Source: Candidatus Brocadiia bacterium JP1 (GTDB taxonomy: Bacteria; Planctomycetota; Brocadiia; Brocadiales; Bathyanammoxibiaceae). From it: DNA of 64,000 nucleotides. Location: NCBI GenBank assembly GCA_051388875.1, contig JBMFFR010000006.1, forward strand, positions 12,109 through 76,108. The letters run 5' to 3'. Below are positions 1 to 11,118 of this stretch, piece after piece (position 1 is the stretch's first letter; every line of letters begins with the position of its first letter). Made by a program: the position numbers and the translations under genes. A model generated the notes under the pieces. It was not told the DNA's origin. It saw only the letters and a program-made list of their open reading frames with translations, and made no database searches.

Positions 1-766
1 TAGTCATGTCAGTAATTATTACGAGCACATGGTAATCATGTTCAAAGGCAAGATACTCCGCGACAGTAAGGGCGCATCTGGGGGTAAGAATCCTCTCAAT
101 GGTGGGGTCATCGGCAAGGTTCAGAAAACAAACGGCCTTACCTATAGCCCCTGATTCCTCAAAGCTACTGAGAAAGAAACTGGCCTCTCTTTGGGTAATA
201 CCGATGGCGGCAAATACCACGACGAATTGGGTCTCTTCCCCGCGCACAGTAGATTGTCTTAAAATCTGGCTGGCAAGCTCGTTGGCTGGCAGACCCGCCC
301 CTGAGAATATTGGTAGTTTCTGTCCCCTTACCAGGGTATTATTTCCATCAATAGCGGAAACGCCTGTTTGTATGAATTCGTCAGGCTTTGCCCTGGAAAC
401 CGGGTTAATAGGAGTACCTGTTATTTCCATACGTTTCTCCGGGAGTATATCTGGAAGCCCGTCAATGGGTTTACCCCTTCCACTAAATATGCGGCCAATC
501 ATATCCCTGCTTACTGGTATTCTGGCCACCTCTTCTCTTAACCTAACAGAAGTCTCCGCCACATCCAACCCGGTGGTTTGTTCAAGCACCTGTATGCAGG
601 CTAGCTCATTAGAGACCTCAAGCACCTGGCCAGTCCTGAGCTCACCGTTGGGCATGATAATTTCAACGATAGAGTTGTAACTGAAGCGTTTTCCCCCTTC
701 TACAAAGATTAGGGGGCCGGAAATGTAGTTAACTCCTTTATATTCCTTTGTAAGTAATTCTGCCAT
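1..766 (-). CDS. atpB: V/A-type ATP synthase subunit B, N-terminal ~255 codons (3' end lies beyond the left window edge)
   Basis: Not in the ORF track because it runs off the edge. My reverse-strand translation from the ATG at 764-766 reads MAELLTKEYKGVNYISGPLIFVEG...IQTGVSAIDGNNTLVRGQKLPIFSGAGLP...FVVVFAAIGITQREA...LNLADDPTIERI, which is typical of V/A-ATPase B. An aaggaaaggg RBS precedes it, and it lies directly downstream of subunit A. Confidence 0.9.
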   Translation of the reverse strand, partial: MAELLTKEYKGVNYISGPLIFVEGGKRFSYNSIVEIIMPNGELRTGQVLEVSNELACIQVLEQTTGLDVAETSVRLREEVARIPVSRDMIGRIFSGRGKPIDGLPDILPEKRMEITGTPINPVSRAKPDEFIQTGVSAIDGNNTLVRGQKLPIFSGAGLPANELASQILRQSTVRGEETQFVVVFAAIGITQREASFFLSSFEESGAIGKAVCFLNLADDPTIERILTPRCALTVAEYLAFEHDYHVLVIITDMT

Positions 767-781
767 TTCTAATCCCTTTCC

Positions 782-2542
782 TTACACCTTTAATTTTGTG
801 GCTGCCAGCCCTTCAAATACCTCTTTAAGTCGGCCTTCCAATTGAGTAAAGTGTTCATCAAATTTATCCTCTGCCATTTCCTTCAAACGGGCTACATCCT
901 CCCTGACTGGAAGGTCCATAAGGGTTTCTATAGGTGTACCAACTTCTATTTCTTTCTTACAATTCTCGTGGAAGGTCAAGAAAGCCTTTAGCATCTTAAA
1001 CTGTTTGTTCAGGGAGCAACAAGCGTCCACTGGATGGAAAGCGTTCTGCTGCAAGAAACCCTCGCGAATGGTTCTGGCGGTCTCTAATACGAGCCTTTCT
1101 GAGTCTTGCAGAGCGTCTGGACCCACAAGTTGCACCACCTCTTGTAGCTCGGCATCCTTTTGCAGGATTTGTTGCATGCGGTTGCGAAGACTATCCCACT
1201 CCTGGGTAACATTTTCAAGGTACCACTTTTTCATGAGCTGATAGTAGAGGGTGTAGCTTTTGTGCCAGTTGATAGATGGATAATGACGGCGGTAGGCTAG
1301 ACTACTATCTAGTGCCCATAAGGCCCCGCTTACCCTCATTGAACTCTGCGTAACAGGTTCGGAGAAATCGCCACCGGGGGGAGAAACAGCGCCCACTACT
1401 GTAACGGACCCGAATCGCCTGTCACTGCCGTGACACTCCACCCTACCTGACCTCTCATAAAAGTTGGCTAACCTTGTTGCAAGGTAGGTTGGGAAGCCTT
1501 CCTCGCCGGGCATTTCCTCAAGCCTTGAGGAGATTTCTCTGAGGGCTTCTGCCCAACGGCTTGTTGAATCAGCCATCAGTGCTACATTGTAGCCCATGTC
1601 TCTAAAGTATTCTGCAAGGGTAATACCTGTATAAACAGAGGCCTCTCTTGCGGCAATGGGCATGTTGGAGGTGTTGACTACCAGGACAGTACGATCCATA
1701 AGTGGCCCACCTGTCTTCGGGTCTACAAGGTGGGGGAATTCCACCAGTACATCGGTCATTTCGTTTCCCCTCTCCCCACAACCCACGTACACGATTATAT
1801 CAGCGTTGGAATATCTGGCTAAGGTCTGTTCTACCACTGTCTTGCCTGTACCAAATCCACCTGGTACTATAGCGCTTCCACCGAGGGCTATTGGGAAGAG
1901 GGTATCAAAAACTCTTTGGCCTGTAATAAAGGGTTCTGTCGGGCTTAACTTTCTCTTACAGGGGCGTGGTTTCTTAACGGGCCATTTCTGCATCATAGAT
2001 AATTTGCGACCATCTTCTAATACTACTACTGTCTCAGTTACAAGGAAGTCACCTTCTTTTATCTCTTTCACCGTGCCAGAGACCCCTGGGGGAACCATAA
2101 TTTTATGACTGAGGTGCTGCGTCTCTTTTACCTCTCCCAATACGTCCCCTTGATGAACAGTATCTCCCGTTTTCACCTTAGGGTAGAAGTGCCAGCGTTT
2201 CTCACGGCTTATGCGGTCAGCCTCTATACCCCTTGCCACAAAGTAACCGCTCTTAGCTTCCATGACACCTAGTGGCCGCTGGATCCCGTCATAAATATTG
2301 CCTAAAAGCCCTGGTCCAAGTTCTACAATCAGAGGCTCGCCAGTGCTCTCTACTGGTTCACCGACAAAAAGGCCGGAGGTATCTTCGTAAACCTGGATGA
2401 AAGCGGTGTCGCCATCCAATCTGATAATTTCCCCGATGAGGCCCAGGTTGCCCACCTTGACCATATCATACATCTTTGTCCCCGTCATACCATCAGCTAT
2501 TACAGCGGGGCCTGATATTTTTATGATTTTACCTCTTATCAT
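782..2542 (-). CDS. atpA: V/A-type ATP synthase catalytic subunit A
   Basis: 586 aa with Walker [11 protein letters not shown]. It carries the V/A-type A-subunit N-terminal barrel and the non-homologous insert region. Operon position is between F and B. Confidence 0.95.
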   Translation of the reverse strand: MIRGKIIKISGPAVIADGMTGTKMYDMVKVGNLGLIGEIIRLDGDTAFIQVYEDTSGLFVGEPVESTGEPLIVELGPGLLGNIYDGIQRPLGVMEAKSGYFVARGIEADRISREKRWHFYPKVKTGDTVHQGDVLGEVKETQHLSHKIMVPPGVSGTVKEIKEGDFLVTETVVVLEDGRKLSMMQKWPVKKPRPCKRKLSPTEPFITGQRVFDTLFPIALGGSAIVPGGFGTGKTVVEQTLARYSNADIIVYVGCGERGNEMTDVLVEFPHLVDPKTGGPLMDRTVLVVNTSNMPIAAREASVYTGITLAEYFRDMGYNVALMADSTSRWAEALREISSRLEEMPGEEGFPTYLATRLANFYERSGRVECHGSDRRFGSVTVVGAVSPPGGDFSEPVTQSSMRVSGALWALDSSLAYRRHYPSINWHKSYTLYYQLMKKWYLENVTQEWDSLRNRMQQILQKDAELQEVVQLVGPDALQDSERLVLETARTIREGFLQQNAFHPVDACCSLNKQFKMLKAFLTFHENCKKEIEVGTPIETLMDLPVREDVARLKEMAEDKFDEHFTQLEGRLKEVFEGLAATKLKV

Positions 2543-2592
2543 AAGTATTGCTCTCCGTCCTTTCTTTAATTCTAATGGTCTAAAAAGGAAGG

Positions 2593-2928
2593 TTACTGTT
2601 TTATCTTTATCTGATAACCTATTGCCCTACGTATCATTTCCCTTACGTAGGTATCCTCTTTTTTCCTATTATTTTTGTGCCATTTCATCTCTAGAGGCAC
2701 GGGGACTATTAGAGGGGAGCTGCTATCCTCAACTAATTTCTTGGTAGGCTCATCAAAACCATTTAAGTGTCCTTCATCAATGATAACTATCCCATAATTT
2801 TTTTTGTGCATAGCCTCTAGCAGTAATTTTTTGGCGACCTCAACGGTCTCGGCTATTTGTATATCTACCCCGGAGAATCTGAAGCCGCGTGATATCTCCC
2901 TTTCTGCTATAGCAAGGATTTTAAACAA
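2593..2928 (-). CDS. atpF: V/A-type ATP synthase subunit F
   Basis: 111 aa. Size and position (between C and A) fit, as does the F-subunit-like start [18 protein letters not shown]. It overlaps the upstream gene by 8 nt. Confidence 0.75.
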   Translation of the reverse strand: MFKILAIAEREISRGFRFSGVDIQIAETVEVAKKLLLEAMHKKNYGIVIIDEGHLNGFDEPTKKLVEDSSSPLIVPVPLEMKWHKNNRKKEDTYVREMIRRAIGYQIKIKQ

Positions 2929-3961
2929 AGACTAATTCTCCTTTTATAGTGTCCGTAGGTACACTATGTGCTTTACCCCGTACAATTATACGCAGATTTA
3001 CGAACTCATTTAGCTTTCTGCCTAGAAAGCCCACAATGGAGGATATAGAGAGGGGGTCTTTACTAAAGAGTTTGGCCCATTTCTCCACAAGTTTCCCCTC
3101 CAGGGAACGTTCCATCTCGGTCAGTGAGCGCACCTCGGCAGCGGTCTTAGCTGGAGGCACAAAGTCTAATTTCTCTAGCTCGTCAAGTGCCTCAGCAAGG
3201 TCTTTGGCCTGGGCAAGGGTGGATAAGAAGGTGTGCCTCAACCTGCCGCCAGGAACGAACTTAAATTCTTTGGCCTCTAGCCTTTCCTTTTTCCCAAGTA
3301 ACTTTAGGGCTATTACTACATTCAGATAATCTATCTGTTCCTTGATTATCTCTCGGACAAGTTGCTCGTTATCCGTTCTTTCCTTAGTTTGGGAAAGTGC
3401 CCTCTCAAAATAATATTCGTCTAATGCCTTGTCCAGTAGGGCTAAGTCCCCTTTCTCCACAAATTCAGGCATGGCTTTAGAGAGAGGATAAGCGTAGGGG
3501 AACCCCCAGGTGGCTAGCATATCTACTACTGCTTTTATGTCTGGCTGTTTGGCCAGTTCCAGGAGTTTAGCTTCGTCTAATTCCCCAATAGGCATAATCG
3601 CTTCCAGAATCTCGTCTACTCCCTTATTGGCCTGCTTACCCCTGAGGATAGTCTTAATGTTAAATATATCCCAGCGGTTTAGCAGCAGGCTAATCAGCCT
3701 CAGGGGTTCATCACTGCACATAGAGAGTATCTTCTGGAGGGTGTTGCGGAGGTTTTGCCTCAGGGCCTTTTCAATTGATTGTAGGCCTGTGCCTAGTTCT
3801 GCCTGGGTAGTAGACATCTCTTCGGCGTAATGAGAGGCTAAGAGAGACTCCACAAGTTGTTTAAGATCAATCTGACTCAGAAAAGTTAGGTATTCAGCCT
3901 CCTTGAAAAGCCTCCCGTTCATTGCCCTAACTCTGGCGTTTAAATAGCCGTAGTCATCCAT
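2921..3961 (-). CDS. atpC: V/A-type ATP synthase subunit C (eukaryotic d-like)
   Basis: 346 aa, starting MDDYGYLNARVRAM..., which is typical of A/V-ATPase subunit C. It sits between E and F. Confidence 0.8.
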   Translation of the reverse strand: MDDYGYLNARVRAMNGRLFKEAEYLTFLSQIDLKQLVESLLASHYAEEMSTTQAELGTGLQSIEKALRQNLRNTLQKILSMCSDEPLRLISLLLNRWDIFNIKTILRGKQANKGVDEILEAIMPIGELDEAKLLELAKQPDIKAVVDMLATWGFPYAYPLSKAMPEFVEKGDLALLDKALDEYYFERALSQTKERTDNEQLVREIIKEQIDYLNVVIALKLLGKKERLEAKEFKFVPGGRLRHTFLSTLAQAKDLAEALDELEKLDFVPPAKTAAEVRSLTEMERSLEGKLVEKWAKLFSKDPLSISSIVGFLGRKLNEFVNLRIIVRGKAHSVPTDTIKGELVFV

Positions 3962-3964
3962 TTA

Positions 3965-4561
3965 CTAAGAAACCTCCTTAAATAGTACTTTTGCTGCCTC
4001 TTCTATTGCCATCTCTCTTCTGCTTGCAATCCTTGATTGGAGGCTGTTTAGCACTGTGACACGGCCATTCTGTCCAACCAATACTACGCCACCGGAAATC
4101 TTGTCATCCGCTTCTATCTTACCGTTCCTCTTACAGTCGTTTAAAACAGATTGGCATTGTTTAACATCAAGCGGATTTAATCTTATTACCACCTCACCAG
4201 ATGAATCGTTGAGGGCCTCCGTTAGCATCTCTCTAAATATCCGGGAGTACAAATCCCTCTGCTCCCTTAACTTTAGGAGTTGGTTTTCTACCTCGTTGAG
4301 GAGGTCGCCCACAAGCTTGTGCTTTGTCAAGAGTGTGGAGTTTCTGACCTCCTGGTCTGCTTTCCCTATCCTCCTGGCCTTCTCTTGGATCAACTTCCTA
4401 TCCACAAGGCGTGTCTCGTCCTCATGGAGTTTCTGAACCTCTTTTTCTGCCTTTTCTTTAATTTCTTGGACTTGCTTGAGATAGGCGGCCTCTAGTTTTT
4501 TTCTTTCCTCAGAGGCTTCCCTTTCCATAGCCTGCAGGAGACTTTCTTGTTTCTCACTCAT
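3965..4561 (-). CDS. atpE: V/A-type ATP synthase subunit E (peripheral stalk)
   Basis: 198 aa with a Lys/Glu-rich coiled-coil N-terminus and a globular C-terminus. It sits between K and C. Confidence 0.75.
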   Translation of the reverse strand: MSEKQESLLQAMEREASEERKKLEAAYLKQVQEIKEKAEKEVQKLHEDETRLVDRKLIQEKARRIGKADQEVRNSTLLTKHKLVGDLLNEVENQLLKLREQRDLYSRIFREMLTEALNDSSGEVVIRLNPLDVKQCQSVLNDCKRNGKIEADDKISGGVVLVGQNGRVTVLNSLQSRIASRREMAIEEAAKVLFKEVS

Positions 4562-4573
4562 CCATTCGCCCTC

Positions 4574-4888
4574 CTAACGCATAGCCAAGATGGCAATTAC
4601 AAAGCCCAAGATTACCATTGTTTCAGGTATTACCAAGAGAATAAGCACTGTGGGTAGTAACTCAGGCTTTTCTGTAACAGAGCCTACGCCAGCAGCTCCT
4701 ATTCTACCCTGTGCTAGACCTGTTCCTACTGCACCTAACCCTATTGCTAGCCCGGCCCCGATTAAGGCCAGACCTTTTCCTATTGGAACCTCGTTTACTG
4801 CTCCTTCAGTAGCCTCCGCATAACAAATAGATACTGCTACCAACACAAATATTGAGGTCAGGAAGAAAGCTATAAGTGTCTTCCTCAA
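4574..4888 (-). CDS. atpK: V/A-type ATP synthase proteolipid subunit K (c)
   Basis: 104 aa with a Gly/Ala-rich hairpin and an ion-binding Glu in LLVIPETMVILGF. It has a 4-nt ATGA-type overlap with subunit I. Confidence 0.85.
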   Translation of the reverse strand: MRKTLIAFFLTSIFVLVAVSICYAEATEGAVNEVPIGKGLALIGAGLAIGLGAVGTGLAQGRIGAAGVGSVTEKPELLPTVLILLVIPETMVILGFVIAILAMR

Positions 4889-6813
4889 ATTGTTTCTCCT
4901 CCTATTCTTCTAAAAGGTTGGTAGGCTTTTCCGCCTGGAACAAAGAACTTGGTGAAAAACTCTACATAATGAAGCCTTAGAGATTGTATGGTAGGTGTAA
5001 ATACGTGTAAAACCATATTGAAGGCATGTATTCCTACCACCACTACAATAGCCAACCAGGGGTTGGCTACCATTTCCTTAAATATATCAGCTACCATAGT
5101 AAAGGCCACCGCTGCCATACCTATTGCCATTAATCGTGCATAAGACAGGATGTTCGTAACTAAAGAGGTAATCTCCAGGGTGGCCACTAAACCCCCTGCC
5201 CAGGTTAATAGGACTATTGACGCTCCTAGTACCCCGATTCCTGCATAAAAATTCACAGAGGGTGTAAATCCTGTCACTTTCCCAAGTACAAGACCTATTC
5301 CCACAAGTGTGGTCAATTTGGCTATCCCTTCTATAGCATGTTTAGTGTGGCGTCGTTTATAGTTTATATAGGCACCTAGTAGGAGGCCGTAGACTATCTG
5401 TATTACCCCAAATGCAATAGAGACGAGCAGGTAATTCATTACTACCTCACTCTTGTCTAGATGGCCCCTCGCCAGGGCTGGAACTAAGGGATGAAACCAC
5501 TCCCTCACGCCAAAAAATTCTCCATAGAGAAATCCAAATAAAATGGAGTAGGCTGATAGAATAATTGTAATTATAGATACGTCCTTAAGTATGCGACGGC
5601 CTCCGGACTTCAGATAGAGCAATAGCCCTAAAAGGAGTAAAACACCACCGTAACCAACATCCCCTAATATGAAACCAAAGAAGATGGGAAAAAACAGGGA
5701 TACTAGTGGTGTGGGGTCAACCGTACCGTATTTGGGTAGGGAGAAAAAGCTTACCAATTTCTCAAAGGCAGCTACGATTCTGGTGTTGGTGAAGGCTACC
5801 GGGGTCTCTTCTGCCCTCTCTTCCGGTACCCAGACCTCGTTTGATACTACATCCCCATTGAAGTGGTGAGTGAGTATGCCCTTTAAGGTGTTGATATCTC
5901 CAGAAGGTATCCAAGCCTTTAATATAAAAGTGTAACGGCTTTGAGCTAAACTATTTACCACTTCAAACTGAGACAATTCATCCAAATTGATAGCCTTTAA
6001 TAGCAGGAGCTTGCCCCCGTGTTGCTGGAAAAACTCTTTAACAGCATTATTAACCTTTTCCAGCTCGGCGGGTAACTCCTTAAGGCGCTGCTGTAAGGTA
6101 GAAAATGCCTCACTGAAAGGCTTATCCTTTAGCTCGGTAGGGGTGCGTAACTCGCTTATACCTTCACCCCAAAGTAGGGTGTGTACTGCCTCAGCATGCT
6201 TTTTATCAAAGCCCATAATAATTGCCACCCTGGAGTGTCGCAATTCCTCAGAACAAAATACATACTCACCACTGGTGGTTTTCTTCAGTTCCTCTTCAAT
6301 CTGTGGGAGCATCTCTTTGTATCGGCTCTCTACGGTGGCACCTAGGTAGCTCCAGCCCCTTTTAACCTTTTGTTTGGAAAGGGCCGGCATGAGAACTTTT
6401 AATACCTCCTCGTAGGCTTTTGCAATACTCAGTTCATCCCGTAAGTGGGTCTTCTTTCTTATCCAGGGCAGTAGATGCTCATGCAGAGCTTTAACCTCTT
6501 GTAGGGCCCTTTCTATGGATAACGCTTCAACCTCTTTCTTGAGATGAACAGACTCCTTTTGGCTACGCAAGCTGCTAATAAGCTCTTGAGGGATATGACT
6601 AGTTATATCATCTAAAAGTTTCTTCAGTTCCTCCCTGGACTCCTTTTCCTTCTTTTCTTCTTCACTTAAAGGTAAAGGTCTTAGGAATGTGTTCTCCTCC
6701 AGTTCCGTTGCCGTTTCCACATGAAGCTTACCCCAATCTTGGAGTCTATCTATGACCCCCTGATAGTGTTTCTTGGGGCCTATTATTTCTACTTTACTCA
6801 TTGGTGTTAACAT
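4885..6813 (-). CDS. atpI: V/A-type ATP synthase subunit I (a-like membrane stator)
   Basis: 642 aa with a soluble coiled-coil N-terminal half and a polytopic C-terminal half. The conserved Arg region is LSYARLMAIGMA. Confidence 0.85.
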   Translation of the reverse strand: MLTPMSKVEIIGPKKHYQGVIDRLQDWGKLHVETATELEENTFLRPLPLSEEEKKEKESREELKKLLDDITSHIPQELISSLRSQKESVHLKKEVEALSIERALQEVKALHEHLLPWIRKKTHLRDELSIAKAYEEVLKVLMPALSKQKVKRGWSYLGATVESRYKEMLPQIEEELKKTTSGEYVFCSEELRHSRVAIIMGFDKKHAEAVHTLLWGEGISELRTPTELKDKPFSEAFSTLQQRLKELPAELEKVNNAVKEFFQQHGGKLLLLKAINLDELSQFEVVNSLAQSRYTFILKAWIPSGDINTLKGILTHHFNGDVVSNEVWVPEERAEETPVAFTNTRIVAAFEKLVSFFSLPKYGTVDPTPLVSLFFPIFFGFILGDVGYGGVLLLLGLLLYLKSGGRRILKDVSIITIILSAYSILFGFLYGEFFGVREWFHPLVPALARGHLDKSEVVMNYLLVSIAFGVIQIVYGLLLGAYINYKRRHTKHAIEGIAKLTTLVGIGLVLGKVTGFTPSVNFYAGIGVLGASIVLLTWAGGLVATLEITSLVTNILSYARLMAIGMAAVAFTMVADIFKEMVANPWLAIVVVVGIHAFNMVLHVFTPTIQSLRLHYVEFFTKFFVPGGKAYQPFRRIGGETI

Positions 6814-6815
6814 CG

Positions 6816-7169
6816 TTATAACTCCGGGAGGTAAACCTTTAGAGCCAACTTCTTCGCCTCATCTTTGCGCTTTCCAGCTAGTTCCATTATGGATTTGATC
6901 TCTGCGGAACCTTGTTGCTTTATTTTTTCCGCTTCTTCCTCAATACTCTTTAACCCTGCCTCAAATCTCTTCTTAGCCATCTCAGGCAGATCTGTTTTTA
7001 CCCTTTCTATACAGGCCTCTGCTTCCGCCCTAGCCGCTTGTACCGACTGCTCCCCTCTCTGGCGGGTCTCGTCTAACATCTGTTCAAGCAGCCTTTCTTT
7101 TTCCTCAATTAAAGGCAGCAATGAACCTTCGTCTTTTTTAGTCGTTTCTTCCTTCTTTTTTTCAGCCAT
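6816..7169 (-). CDS. Small coiled-coil V/A-ATPase stalk subunit (G/H-like)
   Basis: 117 aa from MAEKKKEE... It is Glu/Lys/Ala-rich and is the first gene of the ATPase operon. I prefer the ATG at 7167-7169 over the track start at 7196 because it abuts the hemL stop (TAATG overlap). Confidence 0.55.
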   Translation of the reverse strand: MAEKKKEETTKKDEGSLLPLIEEKERLLEQMLDETRQRGEQSVQAARAEAEACIERVKTDLPEMAKKRFEAGLKSIEEEAEKIKQQGSAEIKSIMELAGKRKDEAKKLALKVYLPEL

Positions 7170-8473
7170 TATAGAACCCTCATTACTTCGTAACAAGCCT
7201 TGATAGTAGCATCAATATCTGCCTCTTTGTGTGCCGTAGACACAAAGGCCGCTTCAAACTGACTGGGTGCAAGATATACACCCCTCTCTAACATACCCCT
7301 AAAATACGCTGCATAAAGTTGTGTATCGGAAGCCTTAGCAGAATCCCAGTCTACGACCTCCTTTTCAGTAAAGAATAAACATAGCATAGAGCCTACTCGG
7401 GTATGGAAGGATTTTATACCGTTCTCCTTTGTAGCCTTTTTTAGCCCTTCGGCTAAGTTCTTTGAGTTTTCCTCTAGCTTTTTGTAAAGGGACCTGTCTT
7501 TAAGAATTTCTAAGGTAGCAATACCAGCTGCCATTGCTACTGGATTACCCGAGAGTGTACCTGCTTGATATACAGGGCCGAGTGGGGCAATTTTGTCCAT
7601 AATATCAGTCCTTCCACCGTAGGCCCCTACTGGGAATCCACCTCCTATGACTTTACCAAGTGTAGTAAGGTCGGCCTTCACTCCGTAGAGTTCCTGAACC
7701 CCTCCCGGAGAGACCCTGAAACCAGTCATAACCTCATCAAATATGAGCACTATACCATACTTATCGGCGAGCTTTCTTAGCCCCTCCAGATAACCAGGTT
7801 TAGGTAACACTACTCCCATGTTACCAGCTACCGGCTCTAATATTATGCACGCTATCTCTTTTCCCTTTTCCTTGCAGACAGCCTCTACGGCTTGAAGATT
7901 GTTGTAGGGTAGGACAACGGTAGTATTTGTATATCCTGCTGGAATACCAGGACTTGTAGGTACACCTAGAGTAGTTGCCCCGGAACCAGCTTTTATAAGA
8001 AGTGCATCCACATGGCCATGGTAGCAACCCTCAAATTTTACAACCAATTCCCTTCCCGTAAAGGCTCTGGCCAAGCGGATGGCACTCATGGTAGCCTCTG
8101 TGCCAGAATTTACAAACCGCACCTTTTCAATGGAAGGCATAAATTCTTTAACAAGTCTGGCAAGGCGCGTTTCTAATTCTGTGGGGGCACCAAAACTTGT
8201 TCCTTTTTCTATAATTGATTTCACCCCATTCATTACACCGGGGTGGACATGACCTAGTATTAAAGGACCCCAGGAACCAACGTAGTCAATGTAACGGTTT
8301 CCATCTATATCTGTGATATAACATCCGGCCCCCGACTCAATGAAGATGGGACATCCCCCAACCGGACCAAATGCCCTTACAGGACTGTCAACCCCTCCAG
8401 GTATATGTTTTAATGCCTCTTTAAAGGCGTCTTCCGACCGTTGCGTAGTAAACTTACTAATAGTAACTACCAA
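7169..8473 (-). CDS. hemL: Glutamate-1-semialdehyde 2,1-aminomutase
   Basis: 434 aa with [13 protein letters not shown]...[18 protein letters not shown] and class-III aminotransferase motifs along its full length. Confidence 0.92.
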   Translation of the reverse strand: MVVTISKFTTQRSEDAFKEALKHIPGGVDSPVRAFGPVGGCPIFIESGAGCYITDIDGNRYIDYVGSWGPLILGHVHPGVMNGVKSIIEKGTSFGAPTELETRLARLVKEFMPSIEKVRFVNSGTEATMSAIRLARAFTGRELVVKFEGCYHGHVDALLIKAGSGATTLGVPTSPGIPAGYTNTTVVLPYNNLQAVEAVCKEKGKEIACIILEPVAGNMGVVLPKPGYLEGLRKLADKYGIVLIFDEVMTGFRVSPGGVQELYGVKADLTTLGKVIGGGFPVGAYGGRTDIMDKIAPLGPVYQAGTLSGNPVAMAAGIATLEILKDRSLYKKLEENSKNLAEGLKKATKENGIKSFHTRVGSMLCLFFTEKEVVDWDSAKASDTQLYAAYFRGMLERGVYLAPSQFEAAFVSTAHKEADIDATIKACYEVMRVL

Positions 8474-8690
8474 ATGGATTCTCCATCAGAAAAGAAGTAA
8501 ATATTTTACAAAATTAAATAAATTTGTCAAGGTGCTTTGAACAGTCTTCAGGGCAGAGTTGGGCGCATATCTTAGCCATCATTAAACGCTCATCCTGGTA
8601 TGTATTTCTTGGCTGTATATAAGCGCCTTAGAGTAAAAGAAGTTACATATTGCCTAACACTCGCCACAAGTCTACTAAGCGCTAATGTCC

Positions 8691-8718
8691 TTGACAAGTT
8701 GTTATTTTCTTTTAAATT
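8691..8718 (+). promoter_or_regulatory. Candidate sigma70-type promoter (TTGACA-16-TAAATT) for the DAHP synthase operon
   Basis: TTGACA is at 8691-8696, followed by a 16-nt spacer and TAAATT at 8713-8718. This is ~100 nt upstream of the ATG at 8820. Confidence 0.35.
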
Positions 8719-8819
8719 AAAGGAATATGTTCATGTTAAAGGGGTTTTTTAGTCTAAATCAAGCTATTGTGCTTAAGGTGATTTTTGTCTTTAACTTTAG
8801 TAAAGGAGTTCACAGTTAA

Positions 8820-9833
8820 ATGATTATTGTATTGAAACCCGAGTCCTCCCAAGAGGAAATAGACCATGTTATACAGAAAGTAGAGAGTGTGGGGCTTAAA
8901 GCAGTCCTGTTGAAAGGGACTGAAAGGACAGTAGTTGCCTGCCTTGGAGATGAGAGGGTTATATCGCAAGACTTCTGGAGTGCAGTACCAGGTGTAGAAA
9001 AGGCTGTACCTATACTGTCTCCTTATAAGATGGCAAGCAGGGAAGTGAAACATACCAATACAGAGGTCTCCCTAGGAAAATTTCCCTTTGGCGGTAAAAA
9101 GGTTGGGGTTATAGCAGGCCCTTGTGCAGTAGAGAATAAAGGCCAGCTAATCTCTATCGCAGAGAAAGTGAGGGAGGCTGGGGCGGTAGCCCTAAGGGGA
9201 GGAGCTTTCAAGCCTAGAACGAATCCATATACTTTCCAAGGCCTGATGGAAGAAGGGCTTGAGTATCTGTCTGAAGCGAGGGAAAGGACGGGTCTCCCCG
9301 TGGTTACGGAGGTTCTAACCCCTGAGCATGTCCCAATGATAGCCAAGTACGCTGATGTGTTACAAATAGGTGCTAGGAATATGGGTAATTTTGTACTACT
9401 AAAAGCAGTAGGAGAGCAACCCAGGCCTGTGCTCCTCAAGAGGGGGATGTCTGCCACCGTAGAGGAGTTTCTCCTTGCAGCTGAATACATACTGTCCAGA
9501 GGAAATACTAATGTTATTCTGTGTGAAAGGGGGATAAGGACTTTTGAGAACCATACACGTTTTACCCTTAGCCTGAGCGCTGTACCTCAGCTGAAACAGC
9601 TTACTCATCTCCCAGTCATCGTTGACCCAAGCCATGGTACCGGTAAGAGTGGCCTGGTAAACGCAATGTCAAAAGGAGCAATAGCAGTAGGGGCGGATGG
9701 ACTTCTAATTGAAGTGCACATAACCCCCGAGAAGGCCCTGGTAGATGGACCTCAGACCATTTCTACCGAAGAGTTTAAGCGCCTGATGAATGAGCTGAGG
9801 CCAGTGGCACAGGCCGTCAATAGGGACATCTAG
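8820..9833 (+). CDS. 3-deoxy-7-phosphoheptulonate (DAHP) synthase, type I-beta with an N-terminal ferredoxin-like regulatory domain
   Basis: 337 aa. The N-terminal [18 protein letters not shown]... domain is followed by [12 protein letters not shown] and VDPSHG motifs. A taaaggag RBS precedes it. Confidence 0.88.
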   Translation: MIIVLKPESSQEEIDHVIQKVESVGLKAVLLKGTERTVVACLGDERVISQDFWSAVPGVEKAVPILSPYKMASREVKHTNTEVSLGKFPFGGKKVGVIAGPCAVENKGQLISIAEKVREAGAVALRGGAFKPRTNPYTFQGLMEEGLEYLSEARERTGLPVVTEVLTPEHVPMIAKYADVLQIGARNMGNFVLLKAVGEQPRPVLLKRGMSATVEEFLLAAEYILSRGNTNVILCERGIRTFENHTRFTLSLSAVPQLKQLTHLPVIVDPSHGTGKSGLVNAMSKGAIAVGADGLLIEVHITPEKALVDGPQTISTEEFKRLMNELRPVAQAVNRDI

Positions 9834-9847
9834 AGAAAAGGCCAAAA

Positions 9848-11056
9848 ATGGTAAAACTTAAAGAGCTTAAAGGTGCACTGGAAATAAAACCCTCCAGGAG
9901 GATTGCATCCATAACACCTTATGCATTTGCAGAAGTGGATAAGCTGGTTGCCGATCTAAAGGAGCAAGGCATTACTCCCATAGACTTTGGAGTGGGCGAC
10001 CCCACTGCACCTACGCCGGAGTTAATTCGCCAGGCCACCCAAAAAGGTATAGATGTCAGGAAGAGCTCAGGCTATCCAAGTTATGTTGGTTCTAAAGAGT
10101 TCCGCACGACTGCATGTGAGTGGTTACAGGGTAGGTTTGGCGTATCTATAGACCCCGATACTGAAATCTGTTCTACCATAGGTTCCAAAGAAGGGGTGTT
10201 CAATTTCCATGAGGGTTTTATTGACCCTGGGGATTATGTTATTGTCCCTACACCGGGTTATCCTCCTTATACCAGAGGTACTTTGTTTGCCGAAGGAAGG
10301 CCATACTACGTCCCTCTTTTACAGGAAAATAGATTCTTGCCCGACCTTAACAGTATTCCTGAAGAGGTCTGCAAGAAGGCCAAGTTAATGTGGATAAATT
10401 ATCCGAATAATCCATGCGCCGTGAGTGCCCCACTGGGTTTCCTAGAAGAGGTGGTGGCCTTTGGTCATAAACACAACATAATAATTGCCTCTGACGAGGC
10501 CTACACAGAAATGTACTTTAATAACGAACCGCCCCACAGCATCCTGGAAGTTACAAAAGAGGGTGTGGTAGCCTTCCAATCTCTTTCAAAACGAAGTGCG
10601 ATGACTTGCTATCGGGTAGGTTGGGTAGCTGGAGATAAGCGAATAATAGAAATTTTCAAAAAGGTGAAGACCAATATTGACTCCGGGACGGCTACATTTA
10701 TACAGGATGGAGCTATCACTGCCTTAAGAGATGAGAAACATGTCCTCCTGATGCGGGAAGAATACCGTCAAAAAAGGGACATCTTGGTGGATGCCCTCAA
10801 ATTTATTGGTCTTCCTGACTGTACCCCTGAGGCTACGTTGTACCTGTGGCAAAGAGTACCCGAGGGTATGACCTCCGTGGATTTTGCCAAGAGACTTCTT
10901 GATCCCAAGATAGCCCTGGTGGTAACTCCTGGGGCATGGATTAGTGATAAGACCGAAAATGGCCTCAACCCCGGTGAGGGATACGTACGCTTCGCCTTGG
11001 TACCCAGTCTGGAAAAGACTAAAGAGGCGGCCGAGAGGTTAAAGAGTTTACTATAA
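9848..11056 (+). CDS. Class I/II PLP-dependent aminotransferase (LL-diaminopimelate/aromatic aminotransferase-like)
   Basis: 402 aa with IDFGVGDP, NYPNNP and the SLSKRSAMTCYRVGW lysine motif. The exact substrate cannot be resolved by eye. Confidence 0.75.
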   Translation: MVKLKELKGALEIKPSRRIASITPYAFAEVDKLVADLKEQGITPIDFGVGDPTAPTPELIRQATQKGIDVRKSSGYPSYVGSKEFRTTACEWLQGRFGVSIDPDTEICSTIGSKEGVFNFHEGFIDPGDYVIVPTPGYPPYTRGTLFAEGRPYYVPLLQENRFLPDLNSIPEEVCKKAKLMWINYPNNPCAVSAPLGFLEEVVAFGHKHNIIIASDEAYTEMYFNNEPPHSILEVTKEGVVAFQSLSKRSAMTCYRVGWVAGDKRIIEIFKKVKTNIDSGTATFIQDGAITALRDEKHVLLMREEYRQKRDILVDALKFIGLPDCTPEATLYLWQRVPEGMTSVDFAKRLLDPKIALVVTPGAWISDKTENGLNPGEGYVRFALVPSLEKTKEAAERLKSLL

Positions 11057-11118
11057 AAGCGCTTTGGCCTTGAACAGAGTTACACAAAGTTAGGTCAAAT
11101 CTCCCCCTGTGTCCGTAT

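Noticed and set aside
99-680. 193-aa + strand ORF at the left edge
   Set aside because: It lies antisense to, and entirely within, the clearly recognisable V/A-ATPase subunit B reading frame. Its sequence is low-complexity and Ser/Pro-rich with no motif.
8754-9053. 99-aa minus-strand ORF
   Set aside because: It overlaps the promoter region and 5' end of the well-supported DAHP synthase gene on the opposite strand, and it has no motif.
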